64,000 nt of DNA from Paraspadella gotoi (Eukaryota; Animalia; Chaetognatha): positions 1,172,721 through 1,236,720 of the forward strand of contig CM119271.1 in the NCBI GenBank assembly GCA_051294375.1. Direction: 5' to 3'. Numbering within the stretch: position 1 is the stretch's first letter; each line of letters opens with the position of its first letter. This document shows, piece after piece, positions 13,301-25,488 of the stretch. A program made the translations under genes and the position numbers. A model generated the notes under the pieces. That model made no database searches. It was not told the DNA's origin and was given only the letters and a program-made list of their open reading frames with translations.

Positions 13301-16300
13301 GGGTATTTTTACGAATATGTCGAAGTACAATACACCCTGGCCGAGTTTCGAAAATTCGTCCCCGATCTGGACGGCGCCACTATCAAGTTTCGAGCCGACA
13401 TTTTCGACCCCGTGTGGATAGATAGCACTATGGGTTATTCCATCTCCAAAGTTATGAAACAAAAGGTAAAATTAAATGTTTTTTTTAATGAAAACGTTCA
13501 ATTTCATAATGGAGTGTAGTGCAGAAAAAAAAGAGACAATTATAAATTTTCCATATATTTCGACATATGTTTTTATGTCATCTAAAGTGGAAGTAAGAGA
13601 ATTAACAAGTAAGAAAGAGAGAGATAATGAGAGAGAGACAATAACAATGAAAAGGCTTAAGACTAAATGACCTTAAATTGTTCAAAGAACCCAAAAAGGG
13701 TTGGCCCCCCACCCCTTTATAAATATAAGTCATTAAAGACACAGTTCCACACGTCAGTTTTCACGAAGGCTCCCCACTGGAGTGGAGCACTGGAGACATA
13801 AATTTTATTTGAGTGAACAAACAAGGATATTTAGACATGAGAGATAGTATGATTAAGGATTACAAAAATATTTTGCTTATATTGTTTGGGGAACAGTATC
13901 ATTAATTACAATATATTTATAATAATATCCTTATAAAATCATAAATTTTCAAAATAATTTTTTAAAATTTTTATTAAAAATTCTGATTTTTCATAAAAAG
14001 TTAGATCAAACATATAAAATATGTTATTAAAAATTGTAATATCTTCAGTGTCAAAAATGGAAAAAAAAGGTCAAATTCTCCACTTTTTCACGCTTTGTAG
14101 TAAAAACTATTATATCAAAAACGTTTTGGTCATTTTTCGCAGCTTTAACCTAAAAATATCACGTAACAAATTTTACAAAAGTTTTTCAGTTTTTTCCAGC
14201 GAATCCGAAACTGTTTTTAAAATTAAAAAAATATGACTTAAAAATTGTATCATTTTATAAGGATATTACTATAAAGAAAAATCAATCGATGATACTGTTA
14301 TGCAAATTATTTTTAAAAATAGCTTAATTATTTTTATTACATATACAAAGGCAGCAAAAAAAAACATTGTTCCATCGCTCAATCTTTTCATCACTCCACC
14401 CAGTCTTCATTTTAATATTTTACTGTCTCTCAATTTCATTTGGTTTTGTAGCTAAAATATTCGCATCAATCCTTTGAATGGTCCCCCTCCCCTCCACGAT
14501 TGCATCCCACCAACCAGGTGCACCTCAAGTTTCTCGGCACCGCACCCTTCGTCTACAAACCGGGGATGCCGTTCTCCTTTCAGGTTGTCGCCTTCACAAC
14601 CGACAGGTCAATGAAAAAGGAAGGAGAAAAAAGAAATTCTATCGGGAGGAGATTTTTATAGGATAAAAAAAATGTAAATCAGAGAAAAAAGTGGAAAAAA
14701 ATTGCTAAAATTCATATAATAATACAGAACATACAAAAAATATAGTATCATTTTACAAGCAAGATTATTTTCCCTCTTTTGGTTCGATGTTTCTTTCGCC
14801 TACAGAAACGGTAAAAAAATGTTTTTGTTACATGTAAATTTTTTTTTATTCTGATCCTAACGACTGTTCAATGCGTTCATTGACCTTTCGACCTTTTGGT
14901 TACGTTTGACTGTCTTATTTCAGTGATGTAATTAGGTCTAATCGTTACCCTTCGTTATCATTCGTCTGTGATCACATTTTGCACCTTTTAGAAAAATCAT
15001 ATTTTAAATCTAAAAAAAAGCACTTTTTTTACTCAATATTCCCTTTCTTTCTTTCACAACCAAAAGGCCACTACACTTTACACAGTTTATTAAGCAACTT
15101 ATCCTATTATCCTCCAAAAGAACCGCCAAACTTCCGGGCGATCAAAAAAAGCTCATCCGCGTCGACGCCGCCGGCCAGCGTCTCGACGAGCCGATTCGCG
15201 AAGACGGCGTCGCCCGTTTCGAGATTCCGGCGGCGCCCGTCTCGGGCGATTCGTTTTCCATCGACGCCACTTTGGACGGAGACCCCAGCGTCACCGCCAG
15301 GATCGTCGCCGTCCAACATCGTGACTCCTATAAACAATATTTTCATCTGACAACGACGACTGTCAATCCGGCCGTGGGTATGTTTCATTTAATTTTTTTT
15401 TTCAAAATCATTTATGTTATTAATCATTAATGTTACGAATTAATCCTCGTTCGACCTCTCAGGTCGTTACATCATCATCCACGCCTACTCGGACCACAAT
15501 CTGCAATACTTTCAATTCGCTGTTCTTTCTGCGTCCGATCTCGTTGCTGACGGAAAGGTTATGATGCAAAACCGACAGGTACTATCTTTAGCTAATTTTA
15601 CCTATTGTGTAAAAGTCATAGCTGGATTCCGACTACGATTTTACATTTCGCAATTTCTAAACGAATTCAGGCAACTTTTGACATTGCGGTCACCAATGAA
15701 ATGCTGCCAACGGCTCACGTGATCGCTTACCATCTGACGACTGATGGCCGCCTTCTCACTGCAGCCCTTCATTTTCACGTGAGGTGAGCGAAGAATTATC
15801 ATTTGACTTTTTAAAAATTTGAATTTTAACGTCCGATTTATAATAATATATTTTTTTCATGAAAATTGCAAGATTAGTTGTTTTACTATTTTTTACAAAA
15901 TATTAAAGGCTTATTATTTAAGATTGTATTAAAATAGGTATTAATTGATTATTTTTTTTTCATTTCAGCCAAGAGGTCGACTCGGATCTAGGAATGCAGG
16001 CTCACTACTCCAAGGACCCGACCACCAACAAGATCGAGATGGTGGCCAATGCTCACCCCGGGTCCTACGTTGGCTTCTCCGCCGTCAACTTCTATCAACA
16101 CTCCTTGACGGGCGGTTGGGGCGTCACAGAGCAGAGGGTCAACCACGAAATGTCCAAATTCGATAAGAACACACACTTTGTTAATTCGTTTACATTCGTG
16201 GTAAGAAAATAAGACAAAACGCTTTTCCAAGTCTGTCGGTATGTCTGCCAAAGCGTCCGTGGATGTTCAGTTAAAGACATTAAGCTAAGAAAAAGAAAAC

Positions 16301-18312
16301 CGTTACGGAAAAAGGTTTATTCGTCTGAATGACGCGTTTTCGTAGCACGGGATTTATCTCTATATGGGAGGAGGAGGAGGAGTTAAAAATTTGTTTCGGG
16401 ATTTGCGTTATTGCGAAACAATTCCTATACTATTCAATGAATAGTATGAATAGTATGAATAGTATTCATACTACGGAACTAGTTAAACGTTAAATTGTTC
16501 TTCATCGTTATCACTGTTATTAAAAGTTTATGAAATTTGTCGATATGATTCTAACTGATAAAAAATCTTTTTGACATTTCGTAGGGCGCAGAGGGAAGTC
16601 ACGGAGACCGGACGGTTTACATTCCTTCTTCGAATCACGGCATCGACTCACAAGCCACTATAGAAAGTAAGGCTATTTTTGGTAAGGCGGTGAAACTCTT
16701 GGGGCCGAAATTTTTATTGCTTTTTCAGTTAGTCTCAGTTTGTCTGTGGCCACTGGTTATTATCTCAATCTTTTCTCTTTTCGTTTTTTCTCTTCTCTTT
16801 TTCTCTTCTCTTCTCTTTCTCTTCTCTTCTCTCTCAGGCGCGGGCCTCATCGTAATCACGGACGCGGTCGTCGAGAGCCTCTTCTCGACCTGCAACTCCT
16901 CGCGCCACGCCGGATTCTGCGACGGCGTCTGCTTCGCCGTCGACAAAGTCTGCGACGGCGTCCTCGACTGCACCGACGATCCGATGAGAGTGAGTCGACG
17001 ACTGAGTCGTTGTTGTTGTGGTTTTTTTCACTATTTTATGAGCGTAAAGTGTACCGTACAAGAAATTTTACCTTGTGTACATTAACTATGAACAATTTTT
17101 ATATTGGTGTTACCAATTTTATAACATTCACCTTGTATTGTGCGGAGTACAAAAGAATTTCCCGTTTTATGATAAAAAAAGCCCTGAGAGTTAATAAACC
17201 AGATTATGAGAGAGTCTGATTGAAAGTTTGCAGGGTGCTGCTATGTTATTATCTTGTAAGAGGGATAGACTGGCAAAAATCAGGGGCAAGATAGCTTATT
17301 TATAGAATAATATAATTTTGATATTGGTTGTTCCGCTTTAGCTAATTTTTTTTTTTCTTCAGGCAAATGTCCCGATCCGGAAGAGGAAGAGCGGCTGGAC
17401 CCGTTCCTCCGCGCCGTCTCCCGTCACCAGCTGACTCACGTCAATCCTACCGCCAAGTATTACCCGACAGACTGGGCCTTCAAGGTAAGCGTACAAATAT
17501 TGAAAGCTTGATTGAAAGTTTGTAGGGTCCTGCTAAGATATTATTTTAACCCATCATAGCCTATTCCAAGTTAGGGGCAATATAGCTTATTTATTAGATA
17601 TATAGATATTGGATAATAAACTTATCCAATATAAACTTATCCAATATAACATTGGTTGTACCAATGTCATATACATACAATCACATTCATTTTGACAGGA
17701 AAAAATGGTGGATTACTACGGAAAGCGATCGTAACCGCGAGTGTGCCCGAAGACCGAACGCTGTGGGCAGTCTCTGCTTTTGCCATTCACAGACACAAGG
17801 GACTACAGATTATTAGAGGTTGGGATAGCGGGCAGTTCCTTTCGTTTACCTTGTAGCTTGCCTTACCCCTTCACACCTCATCATAACTCGTTTTATCTCT
17901 TAATCTCTTTGACTTTGACTTCTGTCTTACTTACCCTATGAAATATCTGGTACTATTTTCCGAAAATGCCTCATTTTTGTTCCTATTCCTTTAATTTTAA
18001 CCGAAATATTTAACTAAATAACTAATCCTTAGACACTAGATACTAATCCCTAACCTAACCCTTATTCTTAACTTTTATTCAAATTTTTAAAATTAAAAAT
18101 TCAATCAATTCTTAATTTAAGCTGAAATGGGGCAGTTTTGGAAAATAAGGAACACTATTCCGTTGCATCACCTTCCTCACCCTATTTTCACTTTCTCGTT
18201 CGTCCGCAGATCCCGTCTTTATCGAGGGAGCTCCTTACATCACCATGAAACTACAGGGACCCAGTGATGTTCGTCTCGGGGAACAGTTTGGTAAACTCTC
18301 TCTCTCTCCCTT

Positions 18313-18395
<83 letters not shown>

Positions 18396-19000
18396 TAGGG
18401 TTAGGCTAACTCAGTAAGATGGTTAAGAAATTTGAATTAAGTACCTGCTCAAAGAAAAATTTAAACATTTTTTTTAAAAAATTGACTAGACAAAAAAATT
18501 TTACTATTACTTTATAGTCTATAGCCCATGTATTAATTTTTAATATTTATTAAGTAGACTTCAAGACTGAAGTTTTAAAATTACTTGTTTCACTATCTTT
18601 ATTTATTTTTTTTATTTAGATTTAAAATAACTATTATTTATGATTTCATTTATTTGTCAAAATATTTTTGTGTTAAATATTTAAATATAATATTATTTGT
18701 ATGTTTGGGATGGAACGTTAGTGTTGTCTTCTGTTGTCTTCTACACAACACAAGATTAGATTACTTTCTGTTCCAGTTTTCTATATTTTATTTCAACTTG
18801 GTCTTTCCACATTCCACAGCCGTCATGGTCGGCCTAACCAACGAAATCCCGCAAACGCTAGAGGCGCTCCTGTCGCTTAAAGCGTCCGACACTTATTCTT
18901 TTGTTCACGTGGATGATTTCAATTACATACGGGCCTATGATCCAACGACCTACACCGGTTACGAGCTTCAGACTTTGGTAAGGGCGTTTAGTATTTAATT

Positions 19001-19048
<48 letters not shown>

Positions 19049-22000
19049 AAGACTTTCGAGACAGCTCATTATAAATATACAATATTGAGCGACGTGACCC
19101 AAGCGACCGCATTTCTCAGAATCTTCTTCCGCCCCCGTCCCCCAAAGGTTGTGCTCCGAGGTCGCCGCAGTCGCCTCATTAACTTCCCCGTCGTGGCGAA
19201 GGAGTTGGGTGAGGTCAACGTCAAAGTCGTCGTACAGACTCCTTTGGTTTCCATCACAAAGATTCTAACTGTCGGTAAGCATTTATCGAATTAATTATCC
19301 CAAAAAATTAATAGATAAATAGTTATGAAAGTAAAATGATTTTATTTGTTTGTTTAAGCAGTATACTTCCTGTATTTTTTGTAAATAAACGTTTTTAATA
19401 ATTAACATATTTCTGAAATTGATCTCACTGTCGTTTTTCTTTTTAAATTAAATTTAGTAATTTGCAAAAAAATTAAGAACCAGATGCATATTGTATAGTT
19501 ATAAAAGATAAATAAATTACTTGGTTGTATATAATCAAAAAAATAGTTTATTATAGTCATTTTGAAATTTTCATATCTATTAAACTTCAGAGGTGCTTCC
19601 TCAAGGAGTAGTGGCCGACGAGTTCACGCCGTTGTTCATAGATCTCGACAGCACAGGTGATTTAAATAGATTATTAAAAAAGGTTTGTTGTTACACCACT
19701 GGGGTCAACAGCTAAAATACTAGCTATGAAATGTGAATATGGGTTATTTCTTCTATTCGTTGTCCAATTGTCCAAAAACTAATAAAGTTCCATTTTCCCC
19801 CACACCATAATCACCATAATCACTCCATTTGATCCCTCTCAGCCAAATACCAAGACTTCCTAGCCATCTGGATGCCCGAACGCTTCAAGGTCCCCCTAGA
19901 GCCGCGCTACCAGTTCGTACCTGGTTCGCGTCTCGCCAGCATCTGCCTCGTGGGCGATGTCATGGGTAACAACTTTATCGAGGATGTCCTTACCGTCGGC
20001 AACACCATCGCGTTGGAGTTTCACGCTGGAGAGTCCGTGCTCTACACGTGGGTCGTCGTTGCTGTAGTTGTTGTTGTTTTTATTTTTATTTTTCCTGTTG
20101 TTGTTGTTGGCTATTGTTACTGTTTTTTGTCTAAAAAATCGAGATATTTGACAAATAGTGTTAGTTAATTAAGTTGGATTGATAAAAAAATTTTTAATCG
20201 TCAAAATTTCCAAAATTAGAATATTCATCTTTGACTATTTCATTCCTTTTTTACTGGAACCTTAAAAAAAATATTTATATTCTCTAAGTCATTTTAATGG
20301 GCTTTCACTTATTACTCATTATCATAAATGCATATGTCAAAGTCAGTTGTTAACTACCGTATCTGAATTTTACCATTTTAACAAGTTCTTAACTTTAACT
20401 TGACTACAGGGTGGCCGTTAACCTTTTAACACTTCGCTACCTCAAAGATTCGGATTATTTGACCTCGGATCAACTGCAGAAGACGATGAAAGGCGTGGCC
20501 GTTCATCAGATTCGACTCATGTCGATGTACGTCTACGATCGAGAGATGGACTGGGGCCATTTTCGGCCTTTTAGGGGTCCCGCAAAGGGTAAGTTCTAAC
20601 AAGTCTTTTTCTCACTTAATAGTGGCTCTAAAGAAATAGATTTTTAAAAAAATTTTTTGATGAATAATTTTAGCAATACTAATTTGCATATCGCAGTACG
20701 AAATTCAAATCGGGTTTTTTGGAGTTGTACATTATCTTCTTTTCGTTTGTTTTGAACCATGGTAATCTTTATCCCAAATCTAATATTCTTGCCCAGTTCC
20801 CTTTCGCATTTTAAATTGTCCAATGTTTCGAAGACTAACTAAATCCGGTCCGACTTTTCTCAAACAAGGTTAGACTGCTAATTTTCAATCAGTCTTTCCC
20901 AACTTAGAAAATCTATGGTTCACGGCCAGCGTATTCAAGTGGCTTCGTCTGGGTCAGATCCCCGAGTGGGAGGATTACTTCTGGGTCGACAACACCATGC
21001 TGGAGAGGCTGCTGAAGTGGATGATGGCTCACCAGCACAACACCACCGACTCGGTGGATCGTAAGTAGCCGCAGTTATGTAGTAGTAGCCATGAAAGTAG
21101 TGAGTTTTTATGTTTTTTGTATTTCGAGTAGATATTAAGGTACAAAAAAATTGTTAACTTATTTTTTACATTAAATAACATTCTTAAAACCCTTATTTTT
21201 ATGTGTGAAAATGTAAATATTTTAAATGTGTAAATTCTCGTTCTTGCTTCTTATTTCCCAATTTTTGACATTACCCTACCTTAGTCCACCGACGTGGCTG
21301 CTACGAGCCATACAATGAGACCTACGTCTTTCTACATTTCGGCTCCACCTTTGAGTTGGACAACAACACCAACTTGGCGCTCACCGCTCATGTCCTCATC
21401 GCCATCGCGCAGAACCTCGATATTTGTTGGGATCGGTGGGCGGCGAGGCTCCGTCGTGGCCAACAACGCCGTCACTTGCTTGGAGAATAATTTGAAATGG
21501 ATTAGGTTAGGGGAAGAAAGTTAGAAAAAAGAAAAAAGAGGGGGAAAAATGAATAGAAAAAAGTTATGTATGTAGAAGAAAAGAGTTCCTAGTTAATGAA
21601 TTGATTAAATTAAAGTTAAATTGCTAGGTAATACATCCTACCACCACTATTTCACCTCTTGCACACAGAGAACCCAACCGACTAGGCTACAAAGATGCCC
21701 ACTTAGTGGCATTAATCACCTACGCGCTCCACGTTGCTGGCAGTGAGCAAAAAGACGAGGCCTTCAAGCAACTGGAAAGACTCAAGCTTGGAGAGACTTA
21801 CTGGTATTGGACCAGGGATGGAAACGAGGTCCCTGCATTGTCGAAGACGCAGTTAGCTAACTTTCCTAACCAGTTGTGGCAACCAATGGAGGATTCAACC
21901 TTTGACTCGTATACAATAGGTAAGTGGGTACTGGGTAGGGCTTAATAATATGTACACATATTTACACATTGCTGTAAAACTGATAAGCATTTAAATTTTA

Positions 22001-24066
22001 AATTTTAGAAAAAAGAATTTTCTCATTTTATCTGTCTTAACTTTAAGATACGTATAATAGATGGCCAACTCCTTTTCCTAACTTTTTCCTTCTCAAATAT
22101 AGCGGCGTCCTCCCTTGCCATGATGGTCTACAACATCCGCGAGAATCGAGAGGGTGAGTTCAACATCATGAAGTTTCTCCAGCAGCGTCGTCCGGCGATG
22201 TTCGGTTGGCGGTCGACACGGGGGACGCTCCTCGCCCTCGACGCTTTGAGACGATTCGCCAAGCTCGAGTTTAAAAGAACCACATTTGACATCACCGTCA
22301 GCATGAACATGTCTCTTTCACCACCGGTCAGGCACAGGTCAGCCCATGGGGTAATGCCTGGGCTTTGGGATCAGGACCAGCACGTCCTTGATCAACAAGC
22401 TAAGCTTGTCAAGCTTACTCTATTCTATTTGACGAAGGTTTGATGACCTTAACAAAAAGAGCCTGCCATCGATGCAACTACTCGAAGTTCCCGACGCCTG
22501 GGGTCAGTTGGAGCTCCAGGCCAACGGGACGGGTTACGCCCTCTTCGGGTCCTCCACGAGATGAGCGTCGAGCACGAGGATCAATACGCCTCGTGGAATC
22601 CGCCGCTCACGCAGCGACCGGATTTAGTTGGTGGGACTGCAAGAGAGTGAGAGAGAAAGGCTTTTACTTTTTAGTGTCTTTTTTTTTCTTTTCTTTCTTT
22701 CAATTAGTTTGTTTTTATTGATGTTTTCGTCATTTTTTTTTTCAGGAACTGCTCAAGATATGATGCCGTTTGGGCTTCGATGGGAAATCACTTATTCTGG
22801 GCGAAATTTGTCTCACATTCACTTTAAGGTATATACTCTTTTTTTATTTCCAGATACGGAAACCATTCATTTGAAACATTGGTTATGAATTATTGATTAG
22901 CCCGATTTATTTTAGTAGTTTTCATAAAAATATAACAAATTTCGAATCTCTACAAAAATAGAACATTTTATGATTTTTAGTTCTTTATTATTTACTAATT
23001 TTTAAAGTTTAATTCCTTTATGGAATATTGATTCTAATTTCTATATCGGTCCGCCGCGCCACGATATGCCCTTTTGTTCGCGATCTATCGACTACCGCGA
23101 ACAAAAGGGCATTTCGGGGCGAGGCGGACCGATATAAAATATAGAATTACTATTCAAGAAATCAACAAATTGTCCAAGTATATTTTGATGGCCATTATAG
23201 GTGAAAGTCCGCTACGAAATGGAAGTGACTCCGCGAAGTAACATGGCCGTTTTGAAGGTGCGGTAGTTTCTTAAAACGAGTTAACATCTTAGCTTAATAC
23301 GCTTTAGGAAGAATCAAATCTTTCAACTCAGGTGGAGCTACCATCCGGTTATCACTCGTGGGATGAATATTTTGTCAAATACGGTTACGCAAGAAATCCA
23401 CCCAATTTGATCAGAGCCAAATGCAGTGGCGGAGCCGCTTACTTCTTTTTCACGTGAACAATTTAACTCTCCTTTTTCTTTTCGCGTCATTTTTGTGACT
23501 CGATTAGGCAATAATTGTCACTTTAATTTTAATTATTTTTAATTTAATTTGTATGAAAAATCAAAGGCAGGTCTGTGCTTCGTGTAGATATAATAATAAT
23601 AATTAAGATTAATGTATTCAACTTTTTTGATCAGATATTTGGACAATAAATGGACGGAAGTAAAATTCACAGTTCAACGATGGTTCCCCGTTGCCAACAT
23701 GAGTCAATGGCACGCCATCACCGTTTACGATTATTACGAACCCATGATGACGAGCATGAGGCTGTACACGACTATAGGTGAGTCTAAATAATGAATTCAT
23801 ATTTGTTGAATATATGACAATGTCCTTCCTGTTTTACTTTTTAAGGCTTAAAAAACCTGGACATCTGCAAAGTGTGCGGAAGTTTCCAGTGTCCCTATTG
23901 CTTCGACTACAATGCGGCGCCATCGAGCTTTCGATCGTCGGCGTCGTTTCTCGGCGTCGTCGGCGTCATCGTCGCTTTGGGCGTCGTGATTTTTGCGGAC
24001 GCAGTCGTCGTCGTCCCGTCGGACACGAGGCGTTTGAAGTCGCCTCGAAGTTACGACGGTGGATGA
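317..24066 (+). CDS. Mcr: Macroglobulin complement-related protein (MCR/TEP6-like, alpha-2-macroglobulin superfamily), ~34 exons, with LDLa module and C-terminal hydrophobic anchor; several apparent 1-nt frameshifts
   Basis: Exon 1 (317-479) encodes a signal peptide-like segment. Exon 2 (670-731, ...FYVILSPKV) joins in phase 0 to exon 3 (10435, VRPGVQYKAVVTI), giving the A2M-family N-terminal motif. Later exons give YKPGMPF, an LDLa module (CDGVLDCTD..DE..C), FVPGSRLASICLVGDVMG, RSNMAVLKVELPSGY, RWFPVANMS..VYDYYEP and the Mcr-type ICKVCGSFQCPYC, then a hydrophobic tail. Splice phases are consistent except at the frameshifts listed under findings. Confidence 0.9.
2906..3058. repeat. 18-bp minisatellite (caaattatgcaagttgac), ~8 degenerate copies
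   Basis: Directly visible tandem units, preceded by a (GATT)n run. Confidence 0.85.
4105..9115 (+). CDS. ABCC/MRP1-like long ABC transporter (TMD0-TMD1-NBD1-TMD2-NBD2), 3 coding exons (4105-4298, 4381-4900, 5345-9115), nested in Mcr intron 2
   Basis: MRP1-type N-terminus FCGDEPFWNWSQSW..PRFSECL..SVPVWIP and L0 motif ASTPSRLFLSWLTPLMRRG. Walker A GPVGSGKSS and GKTGAGKSS, signatures LSGGQ and LSVGQ, Walker B YVMDD and LVLDE, NBD2 H-loop TIAHR. GT-AG introns 4299-4380 and 4901-5344 are in consistent phase. Confidence 0.93.
4919..5281. mobile_element. MITE-like element with TATTTTCC-type TIRs and degenerate (CCCTAA/CCTAA)n core, copy 1
   Basis: tattttccaaattcgccc ... ggcgcttttggaaaata; similar copies at 10641-10883 and 17954-18147. 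Confidence 0.6.
9915..10385 (+). mobile_element. tRNA-derived SINE-like remnants (two partial heads)
   Basis: ttcgcctccca occurs twice, each followed downstream by a B-box-like motif (ggggttctagccc; cgggttcaatccc). GC-rich island in an AT-rich intron; internal 11-bp triplication ttggctcacca. Confidence 0.45.
10641..10883. mobile_element. Same family, copy 2
   Basis: tattttctgatattgccttattt ... aaatgggccgcttctggaata, with internal taaccct/taatccc units. Confidence 0.55.
12495..12615. repeat. Dispersed ~110-bp repeat family (other copies, inverted, at ~17205-17310, ~17505-17600, ~24498-24570)
   Basis: Shared blocks ataagctatcttgcccctga, ctcttacaagataatgacatagc and ccctgcaagctttcaatca. Confidence 0.7.
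13777..14404. mobile_element. Degenerate MITE-like inverted repeat in Mcr intron
   Basis: aacagtatcat..taatatccttataaaat is mirrored by attttataaggatatta..atgatactgtt; ends actggagtggag / ctccacccagt. Confidence 0.5.
17954..18147. mobile_element. Same family, copy 3
   Basis: tattttccgaaaatgcctcattt ... aaatggggcagttttggaaaata, with internal ccctaacctaaccc. Confidence 0.6.
18296..18393. repeat. (CT)n microsatellite; similar (GA/CT)n tracts at 4301-4350, 19002-19045, 41602-41629, 55331-55387 and 63504-63549
   Basis: Directly visible. Confidence 0.95.
23031..23147. repeat. GC-rich hairpin / small MITE in Mcr intron
   Basis: tatatcggtccgccgcgcc..atgcccttttgttcgcg is inverted as cgcgaacaaaagggcat..ggcgaggcggaccgatata. 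Confidence 0.75.
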
Positions 24067-25488
24067 GGAGTAAAGGACAACTTAGAAATTAGGAGCAGAA
24101 TATTTGAATTCGAGGCTGTATTAAATTTTAATCTTTGTAATGAGCTAACGATAACGATCTCTTAGTCATTTTTTAGTTTGTAGTATAAGCACAATGACGA
24201 TAACGTGGTATGTCAAACCGTTTTGATATTCATAAATATACGCATGTAGTTTGTAATAAAAAAAACAGACTAAATATTACTCGCCCACTTTTAATTTTGA
24301 TCTTAACTTTTGGCCTGATCTTAACTTTTAATTTTTGAGCGAAATCAAGACTACGTCTGTTCCCAGGTGACTCACATTGAAATATTTTAAATTCCTTGCA
24401 TAAATTAAATGTTTCATTCCATTTCTTTCCCATTTTTATTTTTGTTTTCAACAAAGTTCAGTGATTTTTAACTGCCTGATGCCATTTATACATAATTACA
24501 GCTATGACATTATCTTGTAAGAGTGCGGAGACCTTAAACCATCAAAGGTCCAAAGTCAGGGGCAGGCTAAAGGACAGTTAACATCATCAGCATTTAATGT
24601 CATGAGACTTTCTCAAGTTTTTTGACGCAAATGATTCTAGCATATACTCGGCCTAGAGTAGGAGAGCCTCAAATGCTTAAATCAAAACAATTTTGAAAAA
24701 AAGTTAACATTTATTCTTCAACAAGCGCTCCTAGCGGCGTTTAATGGAACAACTTTCAACGATTTAATGCAATCGTAGCATGCATTTTCGAAACGTGTGA
24801 TAAAAACTTAACAAACGTATATGTACGAAAAATAAAATAAAAAAAATATATATATAAGTTTCTAGTAAATATTGAGTAGCGACGAAAGCATATAAAACAC
24901 GAAGAGCTGTTTATTAAGGCACTGAAAATTATCGAGTGTAAAAGATAGAGCGGAATGCTATTATCAAGCATTTGTAGCGCCTGCGAAAAGCCGTCAGCTA
25001 CAAACTAACAGAGTATTGTATAAGATATATACTAAATATGATAATCGTCATTGTATACATTTCGTTGAGGGTGTTGATTGTTTGTTTTTTTCCTTTAGCG
25101 ACGCCAAAGCTCCTCTTAACGACGAGCTGGTTTCTCTTTGAATCTCCCGCGAATAAAAATTCAAGCGTTTTACCAGAAGTATTTATACTATACTACATTT
25201 TACTACGTTTTTACTTAACTAATTTAACTTAAAAAACAAGGAATCGCGCAATTCAAAAGAAAAACCAGACAAAACTGATCGATATAACCGCTTCATCGAA
25301 AAACCGCGATTTCCCCCAGATTAACACGCACTACATGCTAAATGAAGACATCTTTTGTCATGCAACCGATAAAATAACAATTGTAAATCAACAAATAATT
25401 TTTCCCCCTTTTGTTTTCGCTCGAGAGCGATGACTAAGTAGGCGTGGCCTTCGTTGATCGCGGGGGTGGTACGACAACGCCTCCAACC

